From Halocafeteria seosinensis (taxonomy: Eukaryota), in the NCBI GenBank assembly GCA_001687465.1, contig LVLI01000166.1:1-64000 (forward strand): a stretch of 64,000 nt of DNA, read 5' to 3'. Every line of letters starts with the position of its first letter. The stretch's first letter is position 1. Below, in pieces: positions 50,301-62,921 of this stretch. The position numbers and the translations under genes are program-made. The notes under the pieces are model-generated. The model did no database searches, was not told the DNA's origin, and saw only the letters and a program-made list of their open reading frames with translations.

Positions 50301-51129
50301 GTAGAGAGGATACCAATGCATTGCTGGAAGGCCTCCTTGGTGCTGTTCTTAATGCACTTCAAAATGATTGTCCTAAATTTACCCTTCGTTAGAAGCACCT
50401 CTTTGATCTTTACCAGGATTCTCTCTGACTGTGAGATTGTAATAGTATACAATAGTGATAGGTAGCTGGTAATGTCGCATGGGTCAGTCTCTGCAATTTC
50501 ATGGATGGTACCGCTATGTTTGCCAAAATGCTGCTGAAAGTACACAACCACCTACCGCAAAGGATGTGTAACGTTTCAACCAATTTCTCGTTTCGAACAT
50601 CGCTGTCAGCAATCCGAAGAATGGACATTCGTAACCCCTCAAGAAACAATTGGGAGCGAATTACGCATTCTTTATCTGTTCGATGTAAACCCAATTCTTG
50701 CAAAATGCCAGCTACGGAACACTGGTTCCCTACCACTGCGTAATGAATGATGTTGACGCAGTACAGGAAGAGGTCATTTCTGTTACTCGCTGGTGACTTG
50801 CATAGTCCGTATAGACATGAGCTGATCATTAACTCGATAACTGTCTCTTCCAACCGAATGCCCGAATCTGGATTGCCGGATAGAGAGCTAACACTGTCGA
50901 GGACCGCACTAAGTCCCACAATCAACTCTCGTATTGTATCTAACTCGTTACCGTTAGAAGATATGAGTAGGAAGCATGCATTGTAGATATCAAAAGATTC
51001 ATTATTCGCTCCAATTATCGCTGGTGAATGTCTGCGTGCTCGTTTCAGTTTGGATTCCTGCTCCCAGTTCTTCTGTCTCAGTTGCTTCCTTACAGACCTT
51101 TCAGTGTTCGTGGGGAGTTTTTGTGTCAT
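47374..51129 (-). CDS. Large Leu/Cys-rich all-helical (possibly HEAT/ARM-like) hypothetical protein, about 4 exons
   Basis: ORFs 50410-51192 and 47786-50551 join through a GTAGGT...TTGCAG intron; further GT-AG-bounded exons reach the ORF ending at 47374. No family recognised. Confidence 0.65.
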
Positions 51130-51460
51130 CCGCGGTAGTATCAAGTGTGATAAATGGAGGACATCAGTCCCTGTTAAGATATCTGTACTCATTACTGGAG
51201 GAAAATGCCCAGCAGAAGATTCTCAATTCTCACAGAAGAATTTTAAACAAAACGAATGCGTCGATATACATGAATTACAATATCAATTGTTTTCGAATTC
51301 CATATCGGACAGCAAAACAACCTAGTCCCTTTATCCTTACATATGCACACGGAAAGGTACTAGATATAGACTGTCAAATCATAAACAACACCACCAACGA
51401 CGAAAGGAATTCTTGGAAGCGTCCGAACAAGTTGAAGTTGTGTTACAACGAAAACAGCAA

Positions 51461-54400
51461 TTACAGGATACAGCATGCTTCGTTCTCTGCGGTACAATTA
51501 CACGTTTTGGACGGAAAGAAAACATCTGTATCTTTGAGGAGAACGAAACGAGGGTCATGTGGCCATACAACCTCGCAGCTCCCAGTAAGTCTCCCTTCGG
51601 CGCGTCCATTGTACATAACCGGTAGCTCGAACTGGCAGCCTTGGTCACCAAATGCAACAGAGCTCAGCGACAATACTGCGGTACCCAAGAAATCATCCTT
51701 CGTATTCGCATCATAGTCCATCACATTTAGAAACAGATGAGAACGTGACAACTGAAGAGGATCAGCACAGTTCAGTCGCAGGATGGGTACTTCTGTTTGA
51801 CAGTTCCAAACAGGGCTCAACGTGCTGTTTCGAATGCTCGTTTTAGGATATGTGGCTAATGGACGAAACTGGTGACGCTTCAGACTCTCATTTACATGGA
51901 GAAGCATTTTTTCGTTAGAGGATTTAAACCTTTCTTCCTCCTCTACCGAAGATGAGCAACTGGGCACATCTGTTTGCGCTGGCGTGTCATCACCTCCCGG
52001 TGGCCGAATGAGGCCCGGAGGATCTCCCAAAAAGTAAATGTACGGATCGCTCAACCCATTACTGTCAGCTGCCAGGAGATCAGACCCGGAAAGCCTCGTA
52101 AAAATGATAACTGGGGACTTTGAACAATCTTGGAAGATCTCCAGTTTCGGTGGTGCCCTAATCTGTTCAACAATAAAACACTGGAGTACATTAGCGCACT
52201 GAAACCAGAAAATTATGCTCTACTTACTGATAGGAAAAACGAGGCTGCAACAGGTTTATGATCGGACGTAGTAATACTCTCGTAAGAGGATACGTATTCG
52301 CAGTGGACATGTGAGGATAGTCCTGGAAACGATTTCCAGAGCACTCGATCACAATAGGACGGAATTCGTTTGCTCTTGTAGCGGAAGCCACTCTGTCGCT
52401 CCACTTTGAACGTTGGAGGGAAATTGTACACCCCTTCCTTGAATTCCGTAAGCAACAAGCCTTGAGTCTGACAAGCCTTCAATTGATCGGCTTTTATCAG
52501 GTGGCTCCATTGTTGAACTTCGATCAGGGAAAATGTCAGCAACCATTCTCGTACAAAGCGAGCCCTTTCTTCGCGCTTTTTCACTACTGATTTCGACATC
52601 GTCTTTAGCGACTTCTTGTGTGGTGGCTTGAGCCTTTCCAAATTGACATTAGATGCAATGATTTCGTTCCGAAACCTATCAATGACAGCGTTATTGCTAC
52701 TGTCCAACCCCTCAGCCAACAGCCACTTTTGCGAAGGGATATTAAACTGATCCATGAGCTTCTTATTAGTCTTTGCATCAACAGCCGATCTATCTAGACG
52801 ATAGTTCAGATCACCCGCAACGAAAACATGGCCAAACTGATTGTCAATGGTTACACCGCTCTGCCCAAAGCGGATTTTTTCCAGTATTTCTTCCATGTCT
52901 GCGTTTCGCCGGTCTACTTGATGCATGTGGGCAGCAAGATGAGCTCCGATAAAGCAGATGGGGGTACCATAAAGGTTGAATGATATTGCAACTCCTCCTT
53001 TGTTAGCCACAAGGCCCATTATTCCAGTCTCTTGAGAATCATGTTGGATGCGAGTGATGGCAGGGACATGCTTCCTTCTTGCAAATACTATAAGGCCAAT
53101 CTCCACGACGAGGCCCAGAGACTCTCCGAGCATTAGATGATCCACGACGGTCCATGAGTTGTCAATATGGTCGTCATCTAAAGAAGAATCGTCGGTATCG
53201 TAGTCTACCTGCGGACACTCCTCATTACCTAAAATGTCATTGGTTATCTTCTTCTCAACGTCTTCAAGTGGAACTCCTTCTGAACCGACCTCGGTCTTAT
53301 CTACTGCACTGTCGAACGAGTTTGTCCTTACGCTTTCAGTGCCACCGAATTGACCGTCATTGGAGATCCGTCCTTCTTCTTTCTCTTCAGAGTGTTGAGC
53401 TCCTTCTTCGCCGGAGATATCATACTTTTCTTCTGGAAGCAAAGGCTCTAATAGCGCCGCTGAGCGTATATTTGCAAGTGTGATTGGTTGCTTTTCAGCG
53501 TTCAGAAATCGAAGGAACATGTCAAAAATTTTGTTTTCCGCTCCACAAATAGACCCGCAAGAGAGTCCAACATTCTTTGGACCTCCTTCGATGTATTCAT
53601 ATTGGCCCATCCTTTCCACATGGCCTGCTGCAGTGAGGTTGGAACCATGATATCTCTTTGGTTTTTCAGGAGCTTCTTTGTCTTGATCATGGTTCTTATG
53701 GGGGCTGCTTTGTAAGTAGCTTGCCACTGTATTTCTCAGATCTCTGTAATTATTTGGAAGACTCGCTATCCTCCCGCCGATCCGACTGATCATTTTTACT
53801 GTTGTGCCCCGTTTCTTGGAAGATTCAGACGATTGCTTAGTCACTGATTCAAAACGGCGTATATCGTTCTGAGACGAAGCCTGTGGGAGACGTTGCTGGT
53901 TTTGCTGTGCTTTTCCAGCATCTTCCTCAGTATTGTCCTCAGCTACTGGTTCCGCTTTTGATGGTTGCTGATCCTCAGGAGGTGTGTCTTCCTCTTCTGC
54001 TTGTCTGTACACCACGGGAATTTCTCCAGTACTGCTCAACTTTGCAGTCCTACTCAAGCTTCCAACGGATGCACGCGTTCGACCTAGTGTTTGCACGGAA
54101 GCAACCCTTGCCTTGGCTTTCGTCCACTTCGACGTTTTCGTATTCTTATGGGAATCTGCACTTTCAAAGCGGTTATAGAGGGGCATGCATCAAAAGAATT
54201 AAGAGGGCATCATACCTGTTGGGTCCAAACTCTCTTCTTCATCTGGATTGTCTTCGTTAGTTGACTTATTACCCTTGCCTTTGAAAGATGACTCTTGCAC
54301 CGCTACCTGTGACTAGTCGGGGTAAATAACACCCCAAAAGACACATACACTGTTTTTGCTCAACTTACGGCGATGATGTCGTAGTCTCCTCCGTTGGGAG

Positions 54401-54939
54401 GAATCCATGGCGAGAACTCATTGGAAGGCTCTTTGTTTCCTGCAATGCATAGATGCTTCATTGAGTCACTCAAGCACGTGGCGTGGATCAGTTCAACGTA
54501 CCAACATTCCACGTCGCTACCAGAAGCTTCAGATGGGCAATTGAAGTAGCGGCCTGTGTTTGTCATGATACTATACGAAATGTAGCGCCGGGCAAAATAA
54601 AATATGTCAACTTACACTCTGTGCATAAACCCGTTCCTTTTTTGACCAAGACAGAGCAGCTTTGTCGGGTTGATGTATTTGTTGGGAGGACATTGAGGCA
54701 GACGGTTTTCTTTCGTAAATTTTCGTTGCTGACGGGTAGGTAGCTCCTTTCTCAGCAAAATTTAGAAACGACTTCTTCCTTTTTCTATCTGGACTAAGTT
54801 TCTCGCCTCGTTGCTGGTCTACTTTCATGGTATCAGGGATTTGCAGTACAAATTTGTCCTTCTCCTCGTCATGGTCTGTGCTGGAGCTATCACCGTCACT
54901 GTCCTCCACACGAGCTGCAAATGAGATTTCCCGTTCCAT
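51461..54939 (-). CDS. Inositol polyphosphate 5-phosphatase with C-terminal C2 domain and CaaX motif, multi-exon
   Basis: LLVATWNVG|N, YDIIA|VAVQE, NKGGVAI, GAHLAAH, GDLNYRLD, FPPTFK, PSYCDRVLW, SDHKPV. C2: DSNGLSDPY...TLSPVWN...VMDYDANTKDDFLG. Ends in CCIL. Confidence 0.92.
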
Positions 54940-55588
54940 GGTACAAAAGCGAAACGGGCAGTTGGCTAAATAAGTCCAATTAAGTGGCACGTGCGTACAG
55001 TTGCTCTGCGTTGCAACGGCCACAGTGGTCAAACGTTCCGGAGCAGCCTCTCGATTCTTCAAAAGAGGCCTCTATTATTACAATATATATAGGGTCTTGA
55101 TTCTGGTACACACTCTTTCTTTTCCAATATATGGATGAATTATTGCCTCTAGAAAGAAAAGATATCTTTGTTAGGCTGGCGGGTTATGATGGAAACAACC
55201 GTACATGCGATAGATAGGGAGTACAGCAACCTCTCTCTTCCCTGTCGAATACTTGTTCTTTCCCCGCATTGAGAGACAATAAAAGCACAGTAACTGTACA
55301 CAGCAATACTCTCAGCTTCGAACGTCTTTGGGGAGGGGCACCGAATTTCTGGCTGAAGACACTTCAACTTGATGGCCGCCGCCTTTCGTGGAGAATGAGT
55401 ACTCCCGTACTGCACTAACCGATTGACATATGATTTCGAATTGATGTGGAAGTGGGTATTCTTGCTATTCCTCACCTACTGAGTGTGTAGTCTTTCTTGT
55501 GGAAGCACTAAATCTGATATTTTCTACATAGTTTTCTTTTCTTGGCTGCAGCTTGTGACGCCCACAAGAGTCTCGATACAGCGGCTAA

Positions 55589-56835
55589 ATGGGGAGGCCA
55601 GTGGAGTCGGAACCATTTACAGGATATTGGGGAGTACCTACATCCTCGATACAATGGTGTGAAACCAACTATGAGGTTAGTATTCACATTTTGATCAGGC
55701 AGTACTTGAGGGGACGCAATTTCAAGTTCTCACTCCCCGCAGGTTACCTATTGGGTGGCGGAATTATGGAATACAGTTAGCAATCTGCCATTTGTCCTGG
55801 TCGGAAGTCTGCTATTGTATCACTGCAAGCAGCAGGGATTCAAAACGCAGTACCTAATGATGAACATCGGGGTGATCACCATCGGACTGGGTTCGGCAGC
55901 TTTCCATGCGACTCTGTCGCGCTAGTAAGTGCATTGGCGTGTGTGCCTTCTATATTTGCTAATCCACATTAGCATGCATTTTCGACGTTTGCAGTACACA
56001 GCAGGCTGATGAGACACCAATGGTCTTGACAGCCCTGTCATGGCTGTACATTGCGTATGGGAACTGGCTGAGTAATACGCTTCACATCGAGAAGCGAGTT
56101 ATCGTCCTCGTCCTGGTACTTTATGCGGTCGTGTTTTCTGTCACTCACTGGCATGCTCAGTTCGTAGTCTTCTTTCACTACCATTTTGCTTTCATGTCGG
56201 CACTTGTAATGGGATATGTCTACTGTAGTTATCAGGTATTAAAGCACGTCTCCAGACTACCTGTGAAGAGACATGACGGAATACCGGCCAAATTCACCGA
56301 AGAAATGGAAGATGGAGTGGAAAATGACAAAGAATCTTTGAGTCGGCGTAAGCATCGTGCGGAGAAGAGGACTGGGGCTAACAATAATGACGATATATCC
56401 CAACAGACACAGACCTCGCCAGACGCGAACCAAGAGGCGGCAAGAATACCCGGGGAATTTTTCTTTCCACTAATTGGGCACTTGATGCAAGCTCCCGTCG
56501 ATACTGAAGAAAAGCGTAGCATCGAGTACGTCCTTACCATAGCAAAGTTCTACGCACATAGTGGGCTTGTCGGTTTAGCACTTTGGATTGCCGACTTGGA
56601 GCTGTGCCACTACCTAGAGCCGCAAGTTGCCGCACATTACGGGACGAGCAACTGGGTATTTCCGGTGAATCCGCAAGCACATGCTTGGTGGCATTTTTTC
56701 GTTGCGATTCATTATTTCTGTGGGACCACAGTTACCCTCTTCGTAGGCGCACGAGAGCTCGGGCTCCACCCTGTCTTGACGTGGAGATGCTTTGGTTTGG
56801 TGCCTCTTGTGACACTGAGGAGACAGGACAAATAA
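55589..56835 (+). CDS. Alkaline ceramidase (ACER3/YPC1 family), 3 exons
   Basis: GYWGVPTSSIQWCETNY|...AELWNTVSNL, GLGSAAFHATL, QQADETPM and HAWWH (CREST zinc motifs), with multiple TM helices. Confidence 0.92.
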
Positions 56836-56893
56836 TCGAGCTTTTCAAGTCTTCATTCTAAGAAAATAAGGACCAGACATACTCTAGATCTCC

Positions 56894-57485
56894 TCATTCA
56901 ACTGTGAATATCCGTACGATATCCTCCATCCAAAGTAGGGAACTTGCTTTTTTCACAAGTGTTGAGGCTTTGTACTGAAAATGATCTTCTTTCGCGTTAG
57001 CGCTTCGACGGGTATAGTGTCCTCTTTCTCGGCCTCTTCCAATTTTACTGGAGAGCAAAGAAAACGTAAATTTGTCAAATGGGGACGAGAAGAACAACTG
57101 TAATCTTACCTGGGTCTGTAGATAATACGAGACTGCTACCTACAGCAGTGTCAAAACGGCCAAACAAGTGCATTTTGCCTATCGTCATCACAGGACATTC
57201 CGTATGAAGGTTCTGCAAAGGCACCCCCGACGGAAAGGCTGAGCTTCTGAACAAGATGAGGATGCAAACCTCTAATGGGAGCCATACCTTGACTTCCATA
57301 GGCAATCGATCCAAGTCATACTCCTCCTCTGTTCCCTCGGTTCTCAGCTGTGTCTGTTCGCGCGCTACTTTTATAAGCTCCTCAAACCTTCCTTCATATT
57401 CTGGGATTTCCACTATGTAGTCTTCCCATTCCTCTACATTCGATTCAGGCTGTGTTGGAGCGGTGGCTTCGCTTCGATTACTCAT
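56894..57485 (-). CDS. TFIIIC subunit 6 (GTF3C6/Tfc7 N-terminal)-like protein, about 3 exons
   Basis: EEWEDYIVEIP...LQNLHTECPVMTIGKMHLFGRFDTAVGSSLVL matches my recollection of the TFIIIC_sub6 pattern (L.GL.T..P.L.I....F.G.W...VGT.L.F). Confidence 0.55.
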
Positions 57486-59053
57486 GCTTGCGCTCCAACT
57501 ATGTTGAGGCTTAAGTATGTCAGGCACTTCTTAAAGCAACCTCATAAAGACCCCAGTGATCCGTGATAACGCGAATGCCGCTTGTCTTCCACAAACCATA
57601 TTCAAAAAAGCTTATCGGGCGGAGCTTGACTCGTGGTTCTGAGCTTCAGCTTCAACCTACGGAATCGACAACAGCCAGGCTACTGTTACAGCCTGTTCGT
57701 CGACAGGGGCGACAAACCTTGCTGGAAAGGGCCAGACAAACAACACGCTAGATGAACTTGGCTCCAGTTATCCATGGATAGTCTTTAACACTCAGTGTTG
57801 TGACATACTTGCCGAAGATGCCACGAGGAACAAGAAGTGTCGTGCAGTTACTGCAGTGGCCAATATCAAGCAGGATGAGTGGCAATCTTATCGGCTTTGT
57901 AAGCTTCTGTCAAAAGTCTTTTTGACGAAATCCCTTTTTCCTAGTCACATAGGGATGACATGGAGCCCTTTAGTATACTTTAGTGAGTCTCTATGGTGTC
58001 CGTTGTTCAGCTTACCCGTTCACGTACGTTGCGCCAAAACTCCCCTTCAATCGGGCTATACAAGCTGATGTCTTGGTTTTGGTAGCATCGTAGCTTTCTG
58101 AGCCAAGTCTTATGCACTATCAACATACAAATCGGTCATTTTGGATGCATACGGGCTACACAGGCCTCTTAGTGAGTCCAGCCGAGCCAACGCAGTGAAT
58201 GCCTCAACCTGCGTTGCATTGGTACCTGGCAAAACCGAATTCTTTTTCATCATTGTCTGTGTGGGGACAAATACTTTGTATATCGGGTGTCTTTCCTTTA
58301 CACTCGACTATTGAGACTTGGGCTGGCGCTTTTTCCCCCGACTTCGTTGCGTAGAAGGTAAGACACCGTAGTAAGAGTCATAAATGGGTTAGGAGTGTCT
58401 ATATGGCAACGCCAAGACCGAATATTTTAGGCATTGTTCCCCCTTTGCACGATCCCTAGCTACGTTTCATTTTTTTTGTGGAGCGCGTGCCTTTACGCCG
58501 CCTGAGCGCCGACGCGATACCGCACAAAGAGAAGGAGAAGATTCTTATCTTCTTGTATAGTTTGCTGGATGAGAGAGGGTCGTCAAGATAAGGATAGGAT
58601 GTATATGAACACACATGCCATTCATGCAGTGTAACGTGTCGTGTTTGTGGGTGCACAAAGTTGGTGGACGGGTTACCTAAGAAGAGCTGGTGTGTGTTGT
58701 TCTGAGGGCTTTTGTGGCTCTATATGAGGAGGTATGTTGAACTGTACATGTGTATATTTGAGATGATTGTGGGTAGAAGGCTATTGTTGCCTTGTGAGGT
58801 ATTGTAGAGACGATATGCCCTAAAGAGGGGAAGAAAAGGGAGCGTTGGGATGGTGACAGCCTGGGTGTCTACTATGTGATTGCTGGCTTTTGTGTACTGG
58901 ATTACAGATTGTCGGGGCTTTAAATTGGGAATTAAAGGAGCAACATATACTGTCGTACTACTTGTAAATCGTTTCGTGATCGCTTCGCGCGGCTGACATC
59001 CCCGCTGTATTCGGCTAACGCTGGACTCATCATCAAATCTTGGGAGAGTAACG

Positions 59054-60242
59054 ATGACGGAGAACGCCATTGCGAGGAATGGAAGACTTGATATAGATCA
59101 GCTTCATGATCTTTTCCTGTTTTACTGTCACCGCCGTCGTGATTCACATATTGAGGCTCGCTTAACTGATAACATAACTTCGGGAAAGTTGCGACAGCAG
59201 CACGGGAGAAAGCACGACAAGATCGCCTTGCAACCCTTTCTCAAATTCGTTAATGAAGCACCGCAGCTGCTTGATCCTCACCATTTTACTCAGCAGCAGG
59301 CAAAGCTAGTCTTTTCACAGTGCTTAGGGTTCTCTTCAGAACAGAAATGGGAATTGAACTTCTCCCAGTTCCAGGATGCGTTACTCGCGATAGCTGGTCG
59401 CCGATTTCCGAGTGCCCGGGACGACGTTGAGGCATTCGAGAACCTGATGGAGTATTCAATATATCCCTTATACATCAGGCTTTTTGGATATCCTGACGAT
59501 GGGGAAGTGATCAACACTTATTCAGCACCCGAGGAGGAGTCCGTTTCGGGGTCAGTACATAGCATGAGCACGAAGCGGGGGAAACGACCTAGCATGCTGG
59601 TCCAGACACCTTCGGGTGTGATGCCACAATACATGGCTAATCAACGAGGATTAACGTCCGTGGATGCTCACCATGCAACGGGTCGACGCTCCTCAAGAGC
59701 GTTCGGAGCAGAGGGAGGTCCACGTAAGTCGTCGATGCACTCTGCATCGTTCACTGCGAGAACTCAGACTTCAAGCAACGGCAATCATAATCCTATCGGA
59801 GCCAGTATGGGTTCATACTCCTCTGCTAATATGAACGGAGGGAAAATCCCTCCGGGACCGCCACCTATTCGTGATTTTCGTGCACTGTCGTCGCCGGAGC
59901 GGGAAGGCACAAACCACAGTTCCAGAACCCCACTTTCGCTTGACAGAATAGCAGAAGGCGATGCGGATGAGGAAAAGGAGGAAAGAGTTACGCGGGTCGT
60001 CGAGGCGACAAGGGAAGTTCAGGAAAAAAATTCTGTGAACCACAAGGGACCTTCGAAAGAGCACCTCTTAGCACTTCTACAAGATTTTGTTGAGATTACG
60101 GGAGATCTACTGAAAAGAAATAGGGTACGTTGTCTTTTGGAGATGGTGTTCTTCCGTAGTGAGGTATTTTGAACTGTGCCTGGAATGCCCGACTGTGCAG
60201 GAGTTACAACAGCAGTTGGACGCGACAGGACACAACCCTTGA
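59054..60242 (+). CDS. TPPP/p25-alpha-like domain protein with disordered tail, 2 exons
   Basis: LHDLFLFYC...FLKFVNEAPQLLD...FTQQQAKLVFSQC...LNFSQFQDALLAIAGRRFP resembles the p25-alpha core. Last exon 60201-60242. Confidence 0.6.
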
Positions 60243-60291
60243 GCGTCTGGTCGTGCCGCTTCTTGAAACATTTCCAGGGTCTTTACATTGA

Positions 60292-60992
60292 CTATAATTT
60301 GCTGATCCGGCAGAGACTATCACACAATTCTAAATTGTCGTTGTTGCATTCCCAAGCCTCGACTGAGGCTAGGATACTGCCATCATACGCAAGGATTTTC
60401 TGCTTCAGGATATCCTGTACAAATTGTACAGCATATTGACACAAATAGAGTGGCTATTGTTTAAAATGAATCAACACGTACACGAACTTACTCTATCTTT
60501 CGCACTGATAGCGCGATTGCTAAATAAATGGGCCGCGACTTGCAACGCTACTGATATGCGCAACGCCGACGTAGAGACAATCTTGCCTCTCGGTATTTCC
60601 AGACACATGGACTTTATTTTCTTGCCTAAATCTTCATCGACGGTGCGGTGCCCTTTCTCTCGCCATTTCCCTGTGGGTATAAAATCTCCTGCAGAGGTTT
60701 CTCCAGCATTGTGTATCCTTGGCTCTTCTCGGGTTACTTCATCGCAAAGGTGCGCTTGTGGAATTCCTGAATGACTGCTGGTGAGAGCAATGGCATCCTG
60801 ATCGCCGTACCGCTCCTCCGATTCAGAACTACTTTGACGGGCACTATCATTGCCGTCACTGCTATCGCATTCCTCCTCTTGGGCACCGTAGAGTGGTTGT
60901 GATCCACTGCTGGTAGAGCCTTCGGTGTTTTGGTCTTCATAGGACGACGCAGTAGAAGGCGATTCTACATGGTTACTCCCTCCGTTTTCCAT
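60292..60992 (-). CDS. Hypothetical protein with acidic N-terminus and short helical C-terminal domain, 2 exons
   Basis: ORF from MENGGS; a GTAAGT...GTACAG intron joins to DILKQKILAYDGSILASVEAWECNNDNLELCDSLCRISKL*. Confidence 0.6.
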
Positions 60993-61302
60993 CGTGGCGG
61001 ATTCTACACTAACCGACAACACTATCAGAAACTTGCATGGGGAAACTGTGCGACAAATCTTGCTCATCCTGGATTACTAACACACGGGCTTCGCATCATG
61101 CTGTGAAGTGGAATGAAACAATTGTTTGCTCCTGGTTATACAAGTTGTTGCGAGTCGATGATGTGACTCGATGCGAGAACATTGTCTGTCCCGACTACAT
61201 TAATACGGTCTCATATCGTGCTGCTGGATGTTTGCTGGAACCCGTCTCTTGCTTGTCATTGACGAAAATCTCGACAGAGGACGAGACTTCAACCTGTGCA
61301 CA

Positions 61303-62740
61303 ATGCGAGCGTCATCACCAGTCTTCCTCCTATGCAGTGTCGTGTCGTTCGCTGCATGCTGTGCGCAGCTTGCGCTGGCATATGGGGACGGTTTGTCAGG
61401 ATCGGAATTGGGCGGATATCATTTCCTTTGGAACGTGGGTGGAGCGGGTGATGTGAACTTAACGAGTTTCCCAGGAATCACGACAGGTTGTGTTGCTCTG
61501 ATGGTATGTTCCCCGACTTCTCCTGGGGTTGCCTTTGCGATGTGAATTTACTGTTCTTGTGCAGTCGCAATGGTTTGGAGCGTATCCCGAAATACGAGAG
61601 GACCCCGATGATCCTCAGAAAATGGAATGGTGCAATGGTGGGATCCCGCAGTTGGCGAACATGTCAGTTCATACGGATTACATCAAGCGGGATTTGGATA
61701 TGAAAGTGGACAAAACTTTTGACGGTTTTATTGTTGTTGACTACGAAGGTATGTAGCTTTCAAGGAAATTGCACATTTTGCTCGCGGCATTGCAAGGTGT
61801 ACTCAACGCAGCATGGAGGGCGGTCTGGAATCATACAAAGGAGATCTACCAGAATGCAAGTATCCAGTTAGCCAGGAAAAACAATCCACATTCACCGGAA
61901 CAAAAAATAAAAGAGATTGCTGTCCGTTCTTATAATGAGGCTGCTCTCAACTTCATGACTACGACACTAAAGGTACTGTTGCCCCGATACGCATATAGGC
62001 TTCCGCTTTTCTCTACGTTTTGTTGTTCGACAGACTATTCAATATCTTCGACCAAAGTCCCGTGTTGGCTTTTATGGGTACCCCTTTCGCTCGTACTGGG
62101 ACGGGTATTACACTAAAAACGGAGACAAGTTGCGGTATGAGCAGTCGACCAGCGAATGCTCCAGGGTCTGTAAACATGCTCGTTGGCACAATTTGACGCA
62201 GAAAACTGAATGATCAGCTAGAAGAACTATGGAATGCGAGTTCAGCACTGTTCCCTTCCATTTATCAATTCTATCCACAGAAATCCTTTGAAAGAAACCG
62301 GCAGTACGTAAACGCGACACTGGGGGAAGCTAAACGGATCGCCAATATGCAATCCCCGAGGGAAGTTCCTATTTATGCTTATGGGTGGTTCATGTATGTG
62401 CACATGTTTCAATTGTCTACATGTTGCGGAGTGATCCGAGGGTTAAGCGTGCAGGTACCACGACGACTCAAGTTTCCTTAAGGAAAAGGATACATATCTT
62501 GAGTTCGTACAGCCTTTCATCGAAGGGATCAACGGCACTGTGATCTGGGGGGATCAGCACGGAAACAAGACTGCCGAGAAAGCATTGCAGAAGTATCTGG
62601 AGGGACACAGCACCACGTTCAACAACTTTACCTCTCAACCTCCATTAAATCTCCAATGTGCTCAAAACTCCTTGCTGGGAGGACGGGACATACCAATGAA
62701 TTCAAAGAACTATAAGATAGGTAAGTCGTGTTCACCGTAG
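61303..62740 (+). CDS. Secreted glycoside hydrolase family 56 (hyaluronidase-like), about 6 exons
   Basis: Signal peptide; FLWNV, FGAYP, NGGIPQLAN, FDGFIVVDYE|AWR (catalytic DxE), YQNAS, FMTTTLK|TIQYLRP...GFYGYP, NDQLEELWNASSALFPSIY, GTVIWG. Confidence 0.9.
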
Positions 62741-62921
62741 TCCACAGCGTGCGTTCCTGGGTACGTCTTAGATCTCAAACATTGTTATCGCAGCGAAGCC
62801 GCATGGAGGGCGAGGTCACTACGGAACGTTTCCACCGCCGTGGAAGCACTGTTCTTTGTGAATCTGCGTTGTATATTTTGTATTCAAATATATACGACTC
62901 TTAAACATTCAAACATCCTAC

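Noticed and set aside
50410..50551. Overlap of two long minus-strand ORFs suggesting a programmed frameshift
   Set aside because: Explained by a canonical GTAGGT...TTGCAG intron.
57550..58950. Long gene-free interval with an ATACTTGCC (U1-like) stretch and a GCCTTTAC (U5-loop-like) stretch
   Set aside because: Both matches are imperfect and lack the stems and Sm site; no ncRNA can be supported.
62130..62215. In-frame TGA within the GH56 gene suggesting selenocysteine or readthrough
   Set aside because: A GTATGA...ACGCAG intron restores the frame (LRKLNDQL).
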